Origin: a virus
Length of the DNA: 64,000 nucleotides
Direction: 5' to 3' (one strand)
IMG/VR virus record: IMGVR_UViG_3300036859_000186
Span: 12,345-76,344 of that record
The position numbers and the translations under genes are program-made. Position 1 is the first letter of the stretch; every line of letters starts with the position of its first letter. The notes below the pieces were generated by a model. That model was not told the DNA's origin. It made no database searches and saw nothing but the letters and a program-made list of their open reading frames with translations. Below, in pieces: positions 9,139 to 18,907 of this stretch.

Positions 9139-10248
9139 TTAACCCTCATCATCCCCAATGAGCGGAGCATTATTCCAAGCAATACGCTCATCGGGCTGGA
9201 GTGCTTGAGGAGGAGCCGCAGGTTGCGGCATACGACCCTCTTCAAGAATCATCCGACGAAGTTGCTCCATTGCCAGGGCATGATCTTCTTGCTGTTGTGC
9301 TTGGATTTCACCTCGTCCGATTCCCGCCCATTCCCGGCGGTTCAGCACTGGTCGTGGATCATCCGGCTCAAGCCGATCTCGCTCAAATGGAGCAGGTTCG
9401 GGGAACGGTTGAGGGGGTGCTGGCATATGGAATACCGCTGCACCACCACGTCCTACTGCACGACCGGCCCGACCAACCTGTGCAGGTCGTGGGACATCAA
9501 AGGGACCATCGAGGTCCAGGCCCAAGCGACGGCCCGCTACGGCTCCACCGAATTGTGCATCAGGTGGTCGCACCGGCTGAGGAAGCGGTTGCCCGTCCTC
9601 GGTGTGCTGACCGCAGTTGACCTTCTTCGAGTGCAGATTCTTGTAGCCTCGACCCAACGTGACTGGCGCTTCACAGAAGTCACATGCCACAGCTTGGGGT
9701 CGAACACAGTGGTGGCAGTAGAGGATGGTCCGCCCATCATCCCGACCCACAGTGACCATTTCACCCTCGTTTAGCTTCCGGGAGCAAACGCCACACTGAG
9801 TTTCGGTGAGATTGGAGGCCGCCAACTTGGCCATCTCGTCGGGTCGCAGGAGAACTTGACGCAACTGACGGATGACCTTCCCAGACAGAGTGTTGGCTGG
9901 AAATGGAAGCTGAAGGACCGCAGCGAGTTTGTCGATGAGGTCTCCATCCTCTCCTTTGTATTCCTGCCCAAGCTGCTCCAGAGCAAGGTTGATCATGGTC
10001 TTCCACGAGGTCCGACCCGGATCTTCGTCCGTGCCGTCGTAGAACTGGAGATGACCCCAGTTGCCGAACTTGAAGACCCCGTCCAACTGTTTGTAAGGGT
10101 CCACATAGTCTCGTGAACTGAACCGCCCGTCCTTGTAACTACGCCAGACGTTGGCGTGGACATCCTCAAAGCGTGCGCCAGCACCGTGCTCCAGGTAGAG
10201 CATGGCGATAACAGCTCGCTTCAGGTAGTCGTTGTAAAGCCTGATCAT
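9139..10248 (-). CDS. Hypothetical protein with Zn-finger (CGVC/CHHC/CDFC) inside the ligase cluster
   Basis: Start MIRLYND after an AGGGAGG RBS; Pro-rich C-terminus. Confidence 0.7.
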   Translation of the reverse strand: MIRLYNDYLKRAVIAMLYLEHGAGARFEDVHANVWRSYKDGRFSSRDYVDPYKQLDGVFKFGNWGHLQFYDGTDEDPGRTSWKTMINLALEQLGQEYKGEDGDLIDKLAAVLQLPFPANTLSGKVIRQLRQVLLRPDEMAKLAASNLTETQCGVCSRKLNEGEMVTVGRDDGRTILYCHHCVRPQAVACDFCEAPVTLGRGYKNLHSKKVNCGQHTEDGQPLPQPVRPPDAQFGGAVAGRRLGLDLDGPFDVPRPAQVGRAGRAVGRGGAAVFHMPAPPQPFPEPAPFERDRLEPDDPRPVLNRREWAGIGRGEIQAQQQEDHALAMEQLRRMILEEGRMPQPAAPPQALQPDERIAWNNAPLIGDDEG

Positions 10249-10258
10249 TGTTCCTCCC

Positions 10259-11473
10259 TTACAACCGTCCTTGAAAATGGACCCCACGGACGAAGTCGTT
10301 TCGGCGTCGTTCTCGCTCCGACTCACAATCTGGCATTACACCGGATGCGAGCTGTTGTTCTAATGGAAGGTCCCGGTGCCGTCCTGCGACCCATCGTTGG
10401 GCAGAGCGAGCCACGACCCCTGCTGGCGGAGTTCGTCTCTCAGCCATCTCAGGAATTTCGGGAATTGATGGATCGGTGGCGGGGGCCGCATCGCCGGTCC
10501 AGTGTTTCTGAGCGGCGGCAGAGTTCCCCCCTGCCGCACTTTTGTAATGGGCGGGTAGAACCCCTAGTGGATCAGGGTTTTGCCGCCCTTCTGCTCCAAC
10601 TTCGTTTGCATCACGAACAAGGCTTCCAAGTCTTTGTGATACGCCTTCTTCGCCGCCTTCCACTTCCTCCGACCGATCTTCTTCGCCCGATACAGCCTCG
10701 TCGCCTCGGCGAAAGGTTGTCCCAGGCGGGAGGGAACCTCCGGTCCCCTTAGTCCGTTTCGTGGATTCTTGTGAGGCCCCAGGGCTCCTGGACCCATTCT
10801 TGTCCGTTCCAGTGCTGTCTCCCGTTGCCCCCACCGTAGGGCGGTCATCGTCCTTGCGACCTCCCTGGTTGTTCACATATCCCACGTTCCGGGATACGCC
10901 CCGAAACTCCCAGTGCTTGTTGCTGCACCACACCTCCTCACTCATCGACCAGGGTCCGCCGAACAATTCCAGCTGGCCCTTGGGCGTGAAGACGACGACC
11001 TTCTCGTCGATCATTTCGAGGATGCCAAGACCGTAGTGATGGGCGAGCCAGGCCATCGTGCGGCTGTCGCTCCACTTCCCGGAGGGAAGCTTGAATCCCA
11101 CGTTCTTGACGGCGGCTTCAAGGGCAACGTCCTTGTATTTGCCCCAGTGGCCGTTGTGAAACAGCACCGGATTGGGTCCTTGACCCTCGATGGTTGTGGT
11201 CGCGTTCTCGTCCACCACGAACGGGTGGGTGAGGAAGCGAGATGGCCCACCGCAGCTTGCGATGCGAAAGTGGAGCACGTAAGGCAGCGGAATCTCTTTG
11301 GCAAGGTCCTGGATTTCCCCAAGTTCCATGCCCTTCTTCCACTGCACCCAGGGCTCACCCTTGGGACCCTCGACACGCCAAGCGGCACCGGCCCCCTCAG
11401 CGTTCGTTTCGTAGGCCCTCTCGATCATGCTCTCGGTTGGGCGCTTCTTCTCTGCAATGAAAATGACACACAT
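10259..11473 (-). CDS. Class II glutamine amidotransferase (Ntn hydrolase) with long low-complexity tail
   Basis: N-terminal Met-Cys, N.EG.G, HFRIAS, THPF, LFHNG and SDS motifs. Confidence 0.9.
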   Translation of the reverse strand: MCVIFIAEKKRPTESMIERAYETNAEGAGAAWRVEGPKGEPWVQWKKGMELGEIQDLAKEIPLPYVLHFRIASCGGPSRFLTHPFVVDENATTTIEGQGPNPVLFHNGHWGKYKDVALEAAVKNVGFKLPSGKWSDSRTMAWLAHHYGLGILEMIDEKVVVFTPKGQLELFGGPWSMSEEVWCSNKHWEFRGVSRNVGYVNNQGGRKDDDRPTVGATGDSTGTDKNGSRSPGASQESTKRTKGTGGSLPPGTTFRRGDEAVSGEEDRSEEVEGGEEGVSQRLGSLVRDANEVGAEGRQNPDPLGVLPAHYKSAAGGNSAAAQKHWTGDAAPATDPSIPEIPEMAERRTPPAGVVARSAQRWVAGRHRDLPLEQQLASGVMPDCESERERRRNDFVRGVHFQGRL

Positions 11474-11545
11474 GGTGAATGCTGCCTCCTAGGGGCACAA
11501 AGCGCCCCGTTAAAGTGCCAGTTAACGGACTTCTACCCCTTCTTT

Positions 11546-12286
11546 CTAGACGTTGACTCTCCGATGAACGATGAGCGGCTCGTCGTCGAGAGCGACACCC
11601 CCCACCACTGCACGCTCTCTCCTGGCCGTTGCCACCAGGAAAGCATTCGTGATTCTCATGATCTCCTGCACCGCTTCCAACCCTTGTTCGGGGGTCTTCA
11701 TCATTGGCAGGAGTCTGCACTCAGCCGTCGTGTAACGGCCATAGCAGTAGTTGACGACCGAATACCGATTGCCCTCACGGTTCTGGTCGAAATCCTTGGC
11801 CGCGTTCGTCGCTTGTTCGTCGGCACTGAAGATGTGCTGACAATAGCGGCTCTTCCCAGCAAGGCGGTCCCAGATGGCGTGGTCTTTGGGAAGACCAACC
11901 TTCTTGGCCCATAGCTCCACCTCAGCCAGAATCGTGGCCGGGTAGGTGTTCACCATGATGCGCTGGTAGCTCATGGCGTTCTTGAACGATAGATGGACGT
12001 GCATGCCGCAGGTCTGGTTCACAGCCTGCGGATAGAACTTCGCCATCCATCCGGGCAGCTCTTCGGGTGACAGTGGTGGAGACGGCAGCTCTCCTATGTG
12101 GACAATGGGATGATCCTGATCGAGAGAATCCCCATGTCCCACATGAACAGAGCCGTCGTGACCGATGCGTGTTCCTGCAGGGATCTTAGTCCAACCCCCC
12201 TCCAGCTCCACGCCAACCTTGTAAACCCGATTGAACCTCACCCGAATGCCGCTCAAATCAATCGGCTTTCCGAGTTTCCCTGCCAT
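11546..12286 (-). CDS. Putative amidoligase (glutamine synthetase/GCS fold, Amidoligase_2-like)
   Basis: VGVELEG, HDGSV, GELPSPPL, TCGMHVHLS, RYSVVN, TAECR. Confidence 0.88.
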   Translation of the reverse strand: MAGKLGKPIDLSGIRVRFNRVYKVGVELEGGWTKIPAGTRIGHDGSVHVGHGDSLDQDHPIVHIGELPSPPLSPEELPGWMAKFYPQAVNQTCGMHVHLSFKNAMSYQRIMVNTYPATILAEVELWAKKVGLPKDHAIWDRLAGKSRYCQHIFSADEQATNAAKDFDQNREGNRYSVVNYCYGRYTTAECRLLPMMKTPEQGLEAVQEIMRITNAFLVATARRERAVVGGVALDDEPLIVHRRVNV

Positions 12287-12411
12287 TGCTTTTCCTCCCC
12301 TCCCCCAAAGATGAGGGAAAAATCCACCTCGACCCTCTCAACAAACGACGTTGGCGACGCTTTGCGTTCTCTCGCAAGCGTCTCTCCATATCGGCAGAGC
12401 GCTTGGTCATG

Positions 12412-12942
12412 TTACGGCATTTCCTGGGTGCTCACGAGGACATACATGTCCACGGGCTTCAGGAACTCCTGGTAGAGCGCCCTTGAGGCGTCCTCGATCT
12501 TCTTTGCGATGGCTTGCACCATCTCAGTGGTGTAGACGCCCTTGACGCTGAAGGTCACACCCTCAGCTTCAGAGATGCCCACGAGCCTCAGGAAGCTCAT
12601 GTTAATGCAGTCGTATTCGTCATGGAACAGCAGCCGATCTCCAGGCTTGTCCAAACGATACGCGGAGCCCAGCTTCCGGCCGACGATGTTCGTCAGGCCC
12701 CCATCATTCGCCATGTGATAGCAAGCAAGAGGCTTCGCATCCTCCCCAGTCTGGCCGACCCAGTAGCGAGCCATAGCCCGCACTTCCATGATATCGCCGG
12801 TTCCGATGGCCTTCATGAAGGCTTCGACTTTGGGGTGAGCCCAGATATTGATGCTCAGTCCTTCGTGGTTGCGGCGAATCCGTGTTCTGATGCACTGCTC
12901 GCCACGGGCGTTCTTCTCGATCTGGATGATGTTCGGTTCCAC
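12412..12942 (-). CDS. Hypothetical protein in the ligase cluster
   Basis: GTG start after AGGGAGG; phage-like codon usage. Confidence 0.7.
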   Translation of the reverse strand: MEPNIIQIEKNARGEQCIRTRIRRNHEGLSINIWAHPKVEAFMKAIGTGDIMEVRAMARYWVGQTGEDAKPLACYHMANDGGLTNIVGRKLGSAYRLDKPGDRLLFHDEYDCINMSFLRLVGISEAEGVTFSVKGVYTTEMVQAIAKKIEDASRALYQEFLKPVDMYVLVSTQEMP

Positions 12943-13522
12943 TGCAGTCCTCCCTAAAAACTGAACGGCTTCGCCTCAACAGGGACGCCGGGGTCTTGAA
13001 TGACGGGACGGACGACACCATCCTTGCATCGGACAGTGCCATTCTCGTTGAATTTATGTTCGCACTGATAGCATCCACCGCACCGCGAGCAGCGATACGG
13101 GAAGATCCTATCATCGTGTTCATCGTGCACTTGGCACTTTAAGTTCATGAAGCAACCTCGTTCTGGTTTCGAGATCGACTTGCAAGGCTTCCATCATCTG
13201 GAGGGACGCACCAAGCCTCTTTGACAGGTCATTGAGACTCTGCCCGGCTCCAGTAGCGGCACGAACGTTGTCGATGACAATAGACGCCTCTTCAAGCGTG
13301 TTCCTTACAGAGTGCCACGGATGAAGGACCATCCGCCGAAGAGTCGCTTTGTTGCGTCGGTTTATGTCCATGGCGTTTGGATTCCCAGGCACGCTCCATG
13401 ATTGGCCGTCTCGAAGTAGAGCCCAAAGGCACCCTCGTAAGAGAAGACTCGAATCATGAGCTGACCAGTGGGCCGCTTTTTGAAGCGTCCGATCTTCCAG
13501 AGGTCAACGATGAGGGGATTTC

Positions 13523-14563
13523 TCATGATCGAGCCACCGTCTTCTGGAGGAAGTTTTCCCATCCGCACTCGTGGCCCTCGGGCAGCGTCGTCCAATGCTT
13601 CATGGGATCATCAGGGAACCATGCTTCGAGTCCGTCGGTATCGATCTTGGCAACGAACTTCTGGAACTGCTTCAGTTCGTGACCAGCCGATAGCCCTCGG
13701 TCCGTATTTCCTCCGACGTGGGCTTCGAGGAATTGGGAGAACTTCTCGAAGTTTGCCTTGGCAAGCCCCACGTCATTGAGGTTGATGGCCCGTCGAACCC
13801 TTGGGAGCGGCACCATTCCACGGAGAGTCTTCTCCGCTTCCCAGCGCTTCTCGCCCATGATGTCGCTCACCAAACGCCCCAACCCCATCACGAAGGACAT
13901 GAGCGGGTAAGCTCGAAGCCAGGTGTTGGAGAGCGTTCGGTATTCGACGCCGAAGGGTTGCTCACGGAACTCACCAGCCCGTCCGTAGACGCGCCGACGA
14001 GTTCGCATGAGAGGGTGTCGGTCAAACAGCACCGCTGTGTTGCCGATCACGATGTCACAGAGCGCAACGAAGCGCTCATAGCCATCCTCCTCGTGAAGGA
14101 GTTCGTTGATGTTGCCGAAGTGCAGGTGCCCACCAGCGGACCGCGTTCGATACGTGAACGGGTTCACACGGACACCAACCTGCCGCTTGTAAATGCTCTT
14201 GCTTGGATTGCACCCAAGCATCTTGACCCGATCAGGCATGGCGTCCATGTCCCGTTTCGGGATGCGAATCACCGGAGTCCAACAGACCGTGAGGTCGGTG
14301 TCTTCCAGTTTGTGCTGAAGGCGACGCATGATGTCGGCCATCATATTGCCAATCTCAGCACGACAGAACGCTGCCTGTGGGTTGATCTCCAGCTGGATGC
14401 CGTCTCGGACGATCTTGCCGAGCCCCTTGAGTTTCATCCCTGCTTCTGGAATCAGCTCGGACGATGGAACGATGTGACCGTTCCGCGCCAAGAACAACTC
14501 TGGGTCCGAACCGAACGATGGATCGGAGTTGTTCTCCACCAATTTCGCATACTGCAAAGCCAC
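13523..14563 (-). CDS. phiEco32-like COOH-NH2 ligase type 2
   Basis: GSDPELFL, DGIQLEINP, GCNP, RSAGGHLHFG, RRRVYGRAGEFR, GVEYRTLSN.W. Confidence 0.92.
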   Translation of the reverse strand: MALQYAKLVENNSDPSFGSDPELFLARNGHIVPSSELIPEAGMKLKGLGKIVRDGIQLEINPQAAFCRAEIGNMMADIMRRLQHKLEDTDLTVCWTPVIRIPKRDMDAMPDRVKMLGCNPSKSIYKRQVGVRVNPFTYRTRSAGGHLHFGNINELLHEEDGYERFVALCDIVIGNTAVLFDRHPLMRTRRRVYGRAGEFREQPFGVEYRTLSNTWLRAYPLMSFVMGLGRLVSDIMGEKRWEAEKTLRGMVPLPRVRRAINLNDVGLAKANFEKFSQFLEAHVGGNTDRGLSAGHELKQFQKFVAKIDTDGLEAWFPDDPMKHWTTLPEGHECGWENFLQKTVARS

Positions 14564-14632
14564 GACTTCCTCCCCGCCGCGAAAATCGCGGCACCAACGC
14601 TGCCTTTACTCAGCACTGGCTTGTGTGAAATG

Positions 14633-14697
14633 TGTGGACAAGAGATTGCGAGGGACCATTTTTATCGCCAAAGATAACGGTCCCAATTCGGCCCACA
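14633..14697 (-). ncRNA. Y RNA-like element 1 (Ro60-binding-type stem)
   Basis: UGUGGGCCGAAUU GGGACC GUUAUC...GGUCCC...CUUGUCCACA; intergenic, about 500 nt downstream of rsr; flanking pairing extends to 14621..14715. Confidence 0.75.
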
Positions 14698-14768
14698 ACG
14701 GTTTCTGACACACAAAGGGATTTCAACGGCCCAGTCTAAGGCCCCTTGTAGCTGACTCCGCCGACTGA

Positions 14769-15197
14769 CTAGTAACGTTCTGTCGTCTTGCTGACTTTCC
14801 CTTCCTTCGTCCACTGCGCGATCAGCTTGTTCAGCTGAGTGTAGTCCGGGTTCCACACCACCACGGTTGAGCTGTGGGGAGGATGCACCGGATTCTTGAC
14901 GAACTCAGAGCGAATGACCGCTCCGAGCTTGTGCTCGGTGACGAACGCCATGAAGGCGTCCGCATAGAACTTGTGTTCCCCGAGCCACTTCTTGTAGTTC
15001 GTGCCCCAGTCCGTCACGTCGGCGAGACACAAGATGATGCACGGCGACCGCATACCCTTCTTGAGGGCGGCAGCCAGATACGTCTCAAGACTGTCGGCAT
15101 GGCACAGCCCGCCGATCTCCTGGACGCCACAGTTCTCGACGTAACCCGTTTGTCCCATGGTCAGCGCTCTCCTCGGTGAAAGTGATGGCTCATACAT
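14769..15197 (-). CDS. Hypothetical 'CCG' family protein, translationally coupled to rsr
   Basis: TAATG overlap with the rsr stop; NCGVQEIGGL...F.AFV....LGAV......NP; paralog of 7014..7367. Confidence 0.7.
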   Translation of the reverse strand: MYEPSLSPRRALTMGQTGYVENCGVQEIGGLCHADSLETYLAAALKKGMRSPCIILCLADVTDWGTNYKKWLGEHKFYADAFMAFVTEHKLGAVIRSEFVKNPVHPPHSSTVVVWNPDYTQLNKLIAQWTKEGKVSKTTERY

Positions 15198-16801
15198 TAG
15201 ACTCTCTCCGCGATGAAGTCGCTGACGATCTGGGGAGCGGCAGAATCGAATCCAGCCACGTCCAGCGTGCGACGGTCGTCCGGGTCGGCGATGGTGAAGT
15301 TCGTCGAGGTCATACCCATGACCACTTCGCAAGCGGCCGGGACGCCCATCTTCTGGCGATACTGACGGAGGGCTTGCGACGGATGGATGGCACCGGCGTA
15401 GGTCTCGTTGTCGGTGATGATGACGAAGCCATCGACCTCAACGCGGTTTTCCATGGCCCACAGGACGGGCTGAGCGCAGTCGGTGCGGCCGAAGTTGTTG
15501 CGCTGTGCAGCTCGGCACACCTCATCGAGGCGCATCTTGGGGGTGATGCCGAGGTCCACGAAGCGGTCGCAGAACCCGAACGTGTAGTAGTCCTTCTCGA
15601 CCTTGGCGGTTGCCATCGCCATAGCAGCAGCACCCTCACAGGCACTCAACGGCATGTTGGCAATTGCGGCTGTCCGCATCGAGCCAGACACGTCGATGCC
15701 GAAGACGATCCGTTTGCCGGTCGGCTTCAGAGACTTGAATGCCAGGTAGAACGCATCATCGAGAGCGTCCACAACAGCAGGCACTGGCTTCCACGCACCA
15801 TCACCCCTGACGCCGTGACCAGACGCGTAGGTCTTGAGGGCGATGAGGATCTCGATGGGGTGGACGCGTGCCTTGTTCAGCCATTCCTTGTCACCAAGGA
15901 CAGCGACAACCTTGCGCGAGGCGTCCGAGAGGGGCGCGAGAAGGCCACACTTGGAGAGGTTGCCCAGGTTGCGGATCATCGCAGTTGCAGGCATCTTCTC
16001 CAAAAGAGCAGCCCACACGTCGGGGTCCTTCAGGAATTCGGTGGGGACCATCTCTCGCGTGAGGCCGTGATTCTGGATGAGTCGGCAGAGGTCACGGGCT
16101 GACTCGGCTGACTTGGCAGCCTCAAAGCCTACGATGACCTGGGGAAGCGTGGGTCCGTCTGCCTTGTGTCCCTCGATGCCATCAACGCACCATTTGAAGA
16201 TAGCGTTCCGAGCTTCATCTGAAGTCTTCGGGTGCGCCAATCTGAGGACATCCGCATTGGACCAGCCGTCCCTCGACTGATACTTGACGACGTGTTGGGC
16301 GAGCTTTTCCGTCGGAAGGTCAAGATACCAGTTCGCCAGGGAACTCCGAAGGCCGCGCCCCAACCCACGAAATGTCGTGACGAAGGCCATGAAATGAAAG
16401 AGGTGCGTGGGGATTCGGCAGACCTTCGGGAGAGCAGCCAGTGCCAGCTTTCGAGTGGCAGGATCTGCAGCAGACGCTGCAAGAGCCAAGGCGAAAATCG
16501 CAGGATCGTTCTTCGGTGCTCGTCCTTCATCGGATACCTCCACGATGGTGCGGACCACTCTGGCACCATCCGCTTCGATACACCGGATGGTTCGTGCCGC
16601 ATTCTCCCTCGTCAGTTTCTGAGGAGACGCGTAGTAGCTCCCACCCTCACTGCCGAGGATCAGGAACCGCAGGAACGCTGCGAAGTCGTCAAGGGCATAG
16701 ACGTAGCCCCCGGCGCTGTTCTGAACCTGAGCCTCACCCAGGAGTGGTGAAGTCTGAGGCTGGGCAACACGCGGCCCAATCGAGCTGAACGGTCTCTTCA
16801 T
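15197..16801 (-). CDS. rsr: Ro60 / TROVE-domain RNA-binding protein (Rsr) with vWA domain
   Basis: NSAGGY, RFLILGSEGGSYY, GRAPK, PTHLFHF, KYQSRDGWS..DVLRLAHPK, AMIRNLG, IDVSGSM (MIDAS), TDNET, DVAGFD. Confidence 0.96.
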   Translation of the reverse strand: MKRPFSSIGPRVAQPQTSPLLGEAQVQNSAGGYVYALDDFAAFLRFLILGSEGGSYYASPQKLTRENAARTIRCIEADGARVVRTIVEVSDEGRAPKNDPAIFALALAASAADPATRKLALAALPKVCRIPTHLFHFMAFVTTFRGLGRGLRSSLANWYLDLPTEKLAQHVVKYQSRDGWSNADVLRLAHPKTSDEARNAIFKWCVDGIEGHKADGPTLPQVIVGFEAAKSAESARDLCRLIQNHGLTREMVPTEFLKDPDVWAALLEKMPATAMIRNLGNLSKCGLLAPLSDASRKVVAVLGDKEWLNKARVHPIEILIALKTYASGHGVRGDGAWKPVPAVVDALDDAFYLAFKSLKPTGKRIVFGIDVSGSMRTAAIANMPLSACEGAAAMAMATAKVEKDYYTFGFCDRFVDLGITPKMRLDEVCRAAQRNNFGRTDCAQPVLWAMENRVEVDGFVIITDNETYAGAIHPSQALRQYRQKMGVPAACEVVMGMTSTNFTIADPDDRRTLDVAGFDSAAPQIVSDFIAERV

Positions 16802-16989
16802 TGCATTGTCTCCCCTCTGTTGTGTTGAACGAGTTTCTGAGCTTGCGTTGCCGCCGCAATCATGGCCTGATCAGACAGCTCGCGCCACACCCTTGCCCAT
16901 TGCGACAAGGGAGCCCGAACGTCCTTGGGCATGCCAGCGATGGCATCTTCAACCGCTCTCTTCAACTCTTGATCGGTCACGGCCCCCTC

Positions 16990-17409
16990 CTAGTCGGTCA
17001 TGTCCTGGTCTACATCGAGCATCCCAGGCGCATCGCCCAGGATGAGAGTGTTTTGATTCGTTCGCACGTCCCCATCGTTGAAGCGGATGAAGAAGTGGTC
17101 AGGATTGATTGTGCACCTGTAGTAAGTGAGTTTCGAGCCCTCAATAAGTGGAGGGTCCACCTTGATTACGTGGTGGCACGTAGGGCATGACAACTTGGCT
17201 AGACAGTTTTGCACATGACGGTGCCACGCATCGCCAAAGCGCGTTATCCCCATGGGCTGCCCAGGAACAATCGTGGGCGCATTGGCTATTGGAGTTATCC
17301 TCTGGAGGAAGTCTCTGGCCGGTTCCCGGTATGGAGGGAGGGCCAGCTGAGTAGGGCGGCGTTCCACCCTCGGCTTCCTCTGTTCCTCCTTGAAGTCGTC
17401 CATCTTCAT
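16990..17409 (-). CDS. Hypothetical Zn-ribbon protein
   Basis: CPTC...C...H; ORF track. Confidence 0.6.
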   Translation of the reverse strand: MKMDDFKEEQRKPRVERRPTQLALPPYREPARDFLQRITPIANAPTIVPGQPMGITRFGDAWHRHVQNCLAKLSCPTCHHVIKVDPPLIEGSKLTYYRCTINPDHFFIRFNDGDVRTNQNTLILGDAPGMLDVDQDMTD

Positions 17410-17813
17410 TTCTACCGCCTCTCCTCATCGACACGCAGTAGCTCTTCCTGTCGCCGTCGCCGTCTTGCGATGGGCACTAGGTATTGTCGCTCCAGTGACT
17501 CCAACGCGTTCCTTAGTTCCAGGGACGCATCTATCGCATCTTCGCGGCCTCCATTTTCTTGGGCAAGAGCATATTTGACGAAAGCAACAAGGAGTCGTTC
17601 TTGGCGCTGGTTCATGGTTAGCTCTCCTTTTGGCATGCGCCAACATCCCCATGAGCTGGTGTCAGGTCGGCCCCACAGTAGGGGCACAGGCCAGCCTCAA
17701 CACATACTCGGATGTAGCGCTCCAGCTCACGGCGCTGACTTAGACGATCCTCTGCCTTCAGGAGGATGCGAGTATCGAGTATGGGGCTCTTCAACATGAG
17801 CTACCTCAAAAGT

Positions 17814-17881
17814 GCGTCGGATAAATTTCGTAGGCAGCGGTTTTATCTTAGAAGGATAACGCTACCAGAGCGACCCGACAC
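17814..17881 (-). ncRNA. Y RNA-like element 2
   Basis: GUGUCGGGUCG...GGUAGC GUUAUC...GCUGCC...UUUAUCCGACGC; same motif as element 1 with compensatory changes. Confidence 0.72.
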
Positions 17882-17889
17882 GTCAAATT

Positions 17890-17994
17890 TGGTGGAGGCT
17901 TGATAGGCATATGGACAGAGCGGAGCGGTGATGAGGAGACACAATGCTCGTCAATCGTTGCTGCGTAATCTGCCGCCAACCCACAACAGCCCCC
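17890..17994 (-). ncRNA. Rod-like RNA with Ala-type acceptor stem and encoded CCA
   Basis: 5' GGGGGCU / 3' AGCCUCC-A-CCA (G3.U70, A73); interior is a long imperfect hairpin with no D or T loop; sits between two Y-like RNAs with 8-nt spacers. Confidence 0.55.
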
Positions 17995-18002
17995 ATAAAT
18001 AG

Positions 18003-18103
18003 TGGAGCCAAGGACAAGTGTTTGCAGAGGGGTATTCCTGTGCGCTGCCTTTCGGCCCGCTTCTAGGTGCCAGATAACCCTCATGCGTCGGCCCTAGGCT
18101 CCA
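18003..18103 (-). ncRNA. Y RNA-like element 3
   Basis: UGGAGCCUAGGGCCGA...GAGG GUUAUC...(GCC GAAA GGC)...CCCCUC...CUUGUCCUUGGCUCCA. Confidence 0.72.
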
Positions 18104-18249
18104 AGCTTACTTCCTTGATTCTGGATACAGCACGTCGAGAACTTTCTTTTGCTCACCCTTCGCAAGGTCGGGGAGCATGGTCAGTAGGAGCCTTTCTAGC
18201 TCCTTCACGCGTGCCTCCAGAACTTGAACGTGCTTGAAATAGTCCATGG

Positions 18250-18693
18250 CTATTCATCCCTTATGGTCTTGTGCCAGAAGGCAACGGTGTTCTTGGTCCG
18301 CTTGTTGAAAAATTCGAACCCCTTCCACCAGCCAAACTTTTCGAGGATGTGAGCCTCAGCTGGGTTGCCAGTCATGTTGACCGTAGCAGCGAGGCTCGAA
18401 TATCCGAACTCTCTGGCGATGGCTTCCTTGAAGGGCATCAGTGCTTGAGCAATACCCTGCTTTTGATGCTTCGTTTCGACCCATGTCTTGGTGCTCACGA
18501 GCACACCGCAACAGTTGACCTGCTCGACGAGGGTAAAGCCGCATGCCCGTTCGTTGTTCAGGAAGCCCGTGAACTCCAACAGGAACGGACTCTTGCGGAT
18601 GCGGATCTGCACGTCGCCCCACTCGTAGAACTCCTCACTGAGGGTTCTAATAGATGCAACGGCCTTTGGCACGTCACGAATTGAGAATGGCAT
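18250..18693 (-). CDS. GNAT-family N-acetyltransferase
   Basis: Motif A V...HQKQGIAQAL; ATV...N....ILEKFGW; also has a CCG motif. Confidence 0.8.
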   Translation of the reverse strand: MPFSIRDVPKAVASIRTLSEEFYEWGDVQIRIRKSPFLLEFTGFLNNERACGFTLVEQVNCCGVLVSTKTWVETKHQKQGIAQALMPFKEAIAREFGYSSLAATVNMTGNPAEAHILEKFGWWKGFEFFNKRTKNTVAFWHKTIRDE

Positions 18694-18832
18694 TAGAGGG
18701 TCCTCCGCAATGCTTCGCAGACCATTTCGATCTTGGTCTGGATGTCTTCCAGATCAGCGATCTGATCTAGGGTGGCGATGCGTTCTTTCAGATCGAGGGT
18801 AAATGGAGCGTGGCGCATGGCACCATTGGGGG

Positions 18833-18907
18833 TGGCGGGACGGCGTGGACTCGAACCACGAACCTTTCGTTTTGGAGACGAACACTCTGCCATTGAGCTA
18901 CCGACCC
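18833..18907 (-). tRNA. tRNA-Trp (CCA)
   Basis: GGGUCGG UA GCUC AAUGGCA GAGU G UUCGU CU-CCA-AA ACGAA AGGUU CGUGG UUCGAGU CCACG CCGUCCC G CCA. Confidence 0.93.

Noticed and set aside
10913-16750. Long plus-strand ORFs (10913, 13718, 15176, 16232)
   Set aside because: They are antisense shadows of well-supported minus-strand genes in GC-rich sequence.
17848-18084. 78-aa ORF
   Set aside because: It overlaps three structured RNA elements and has no clear RBS or protein motif.
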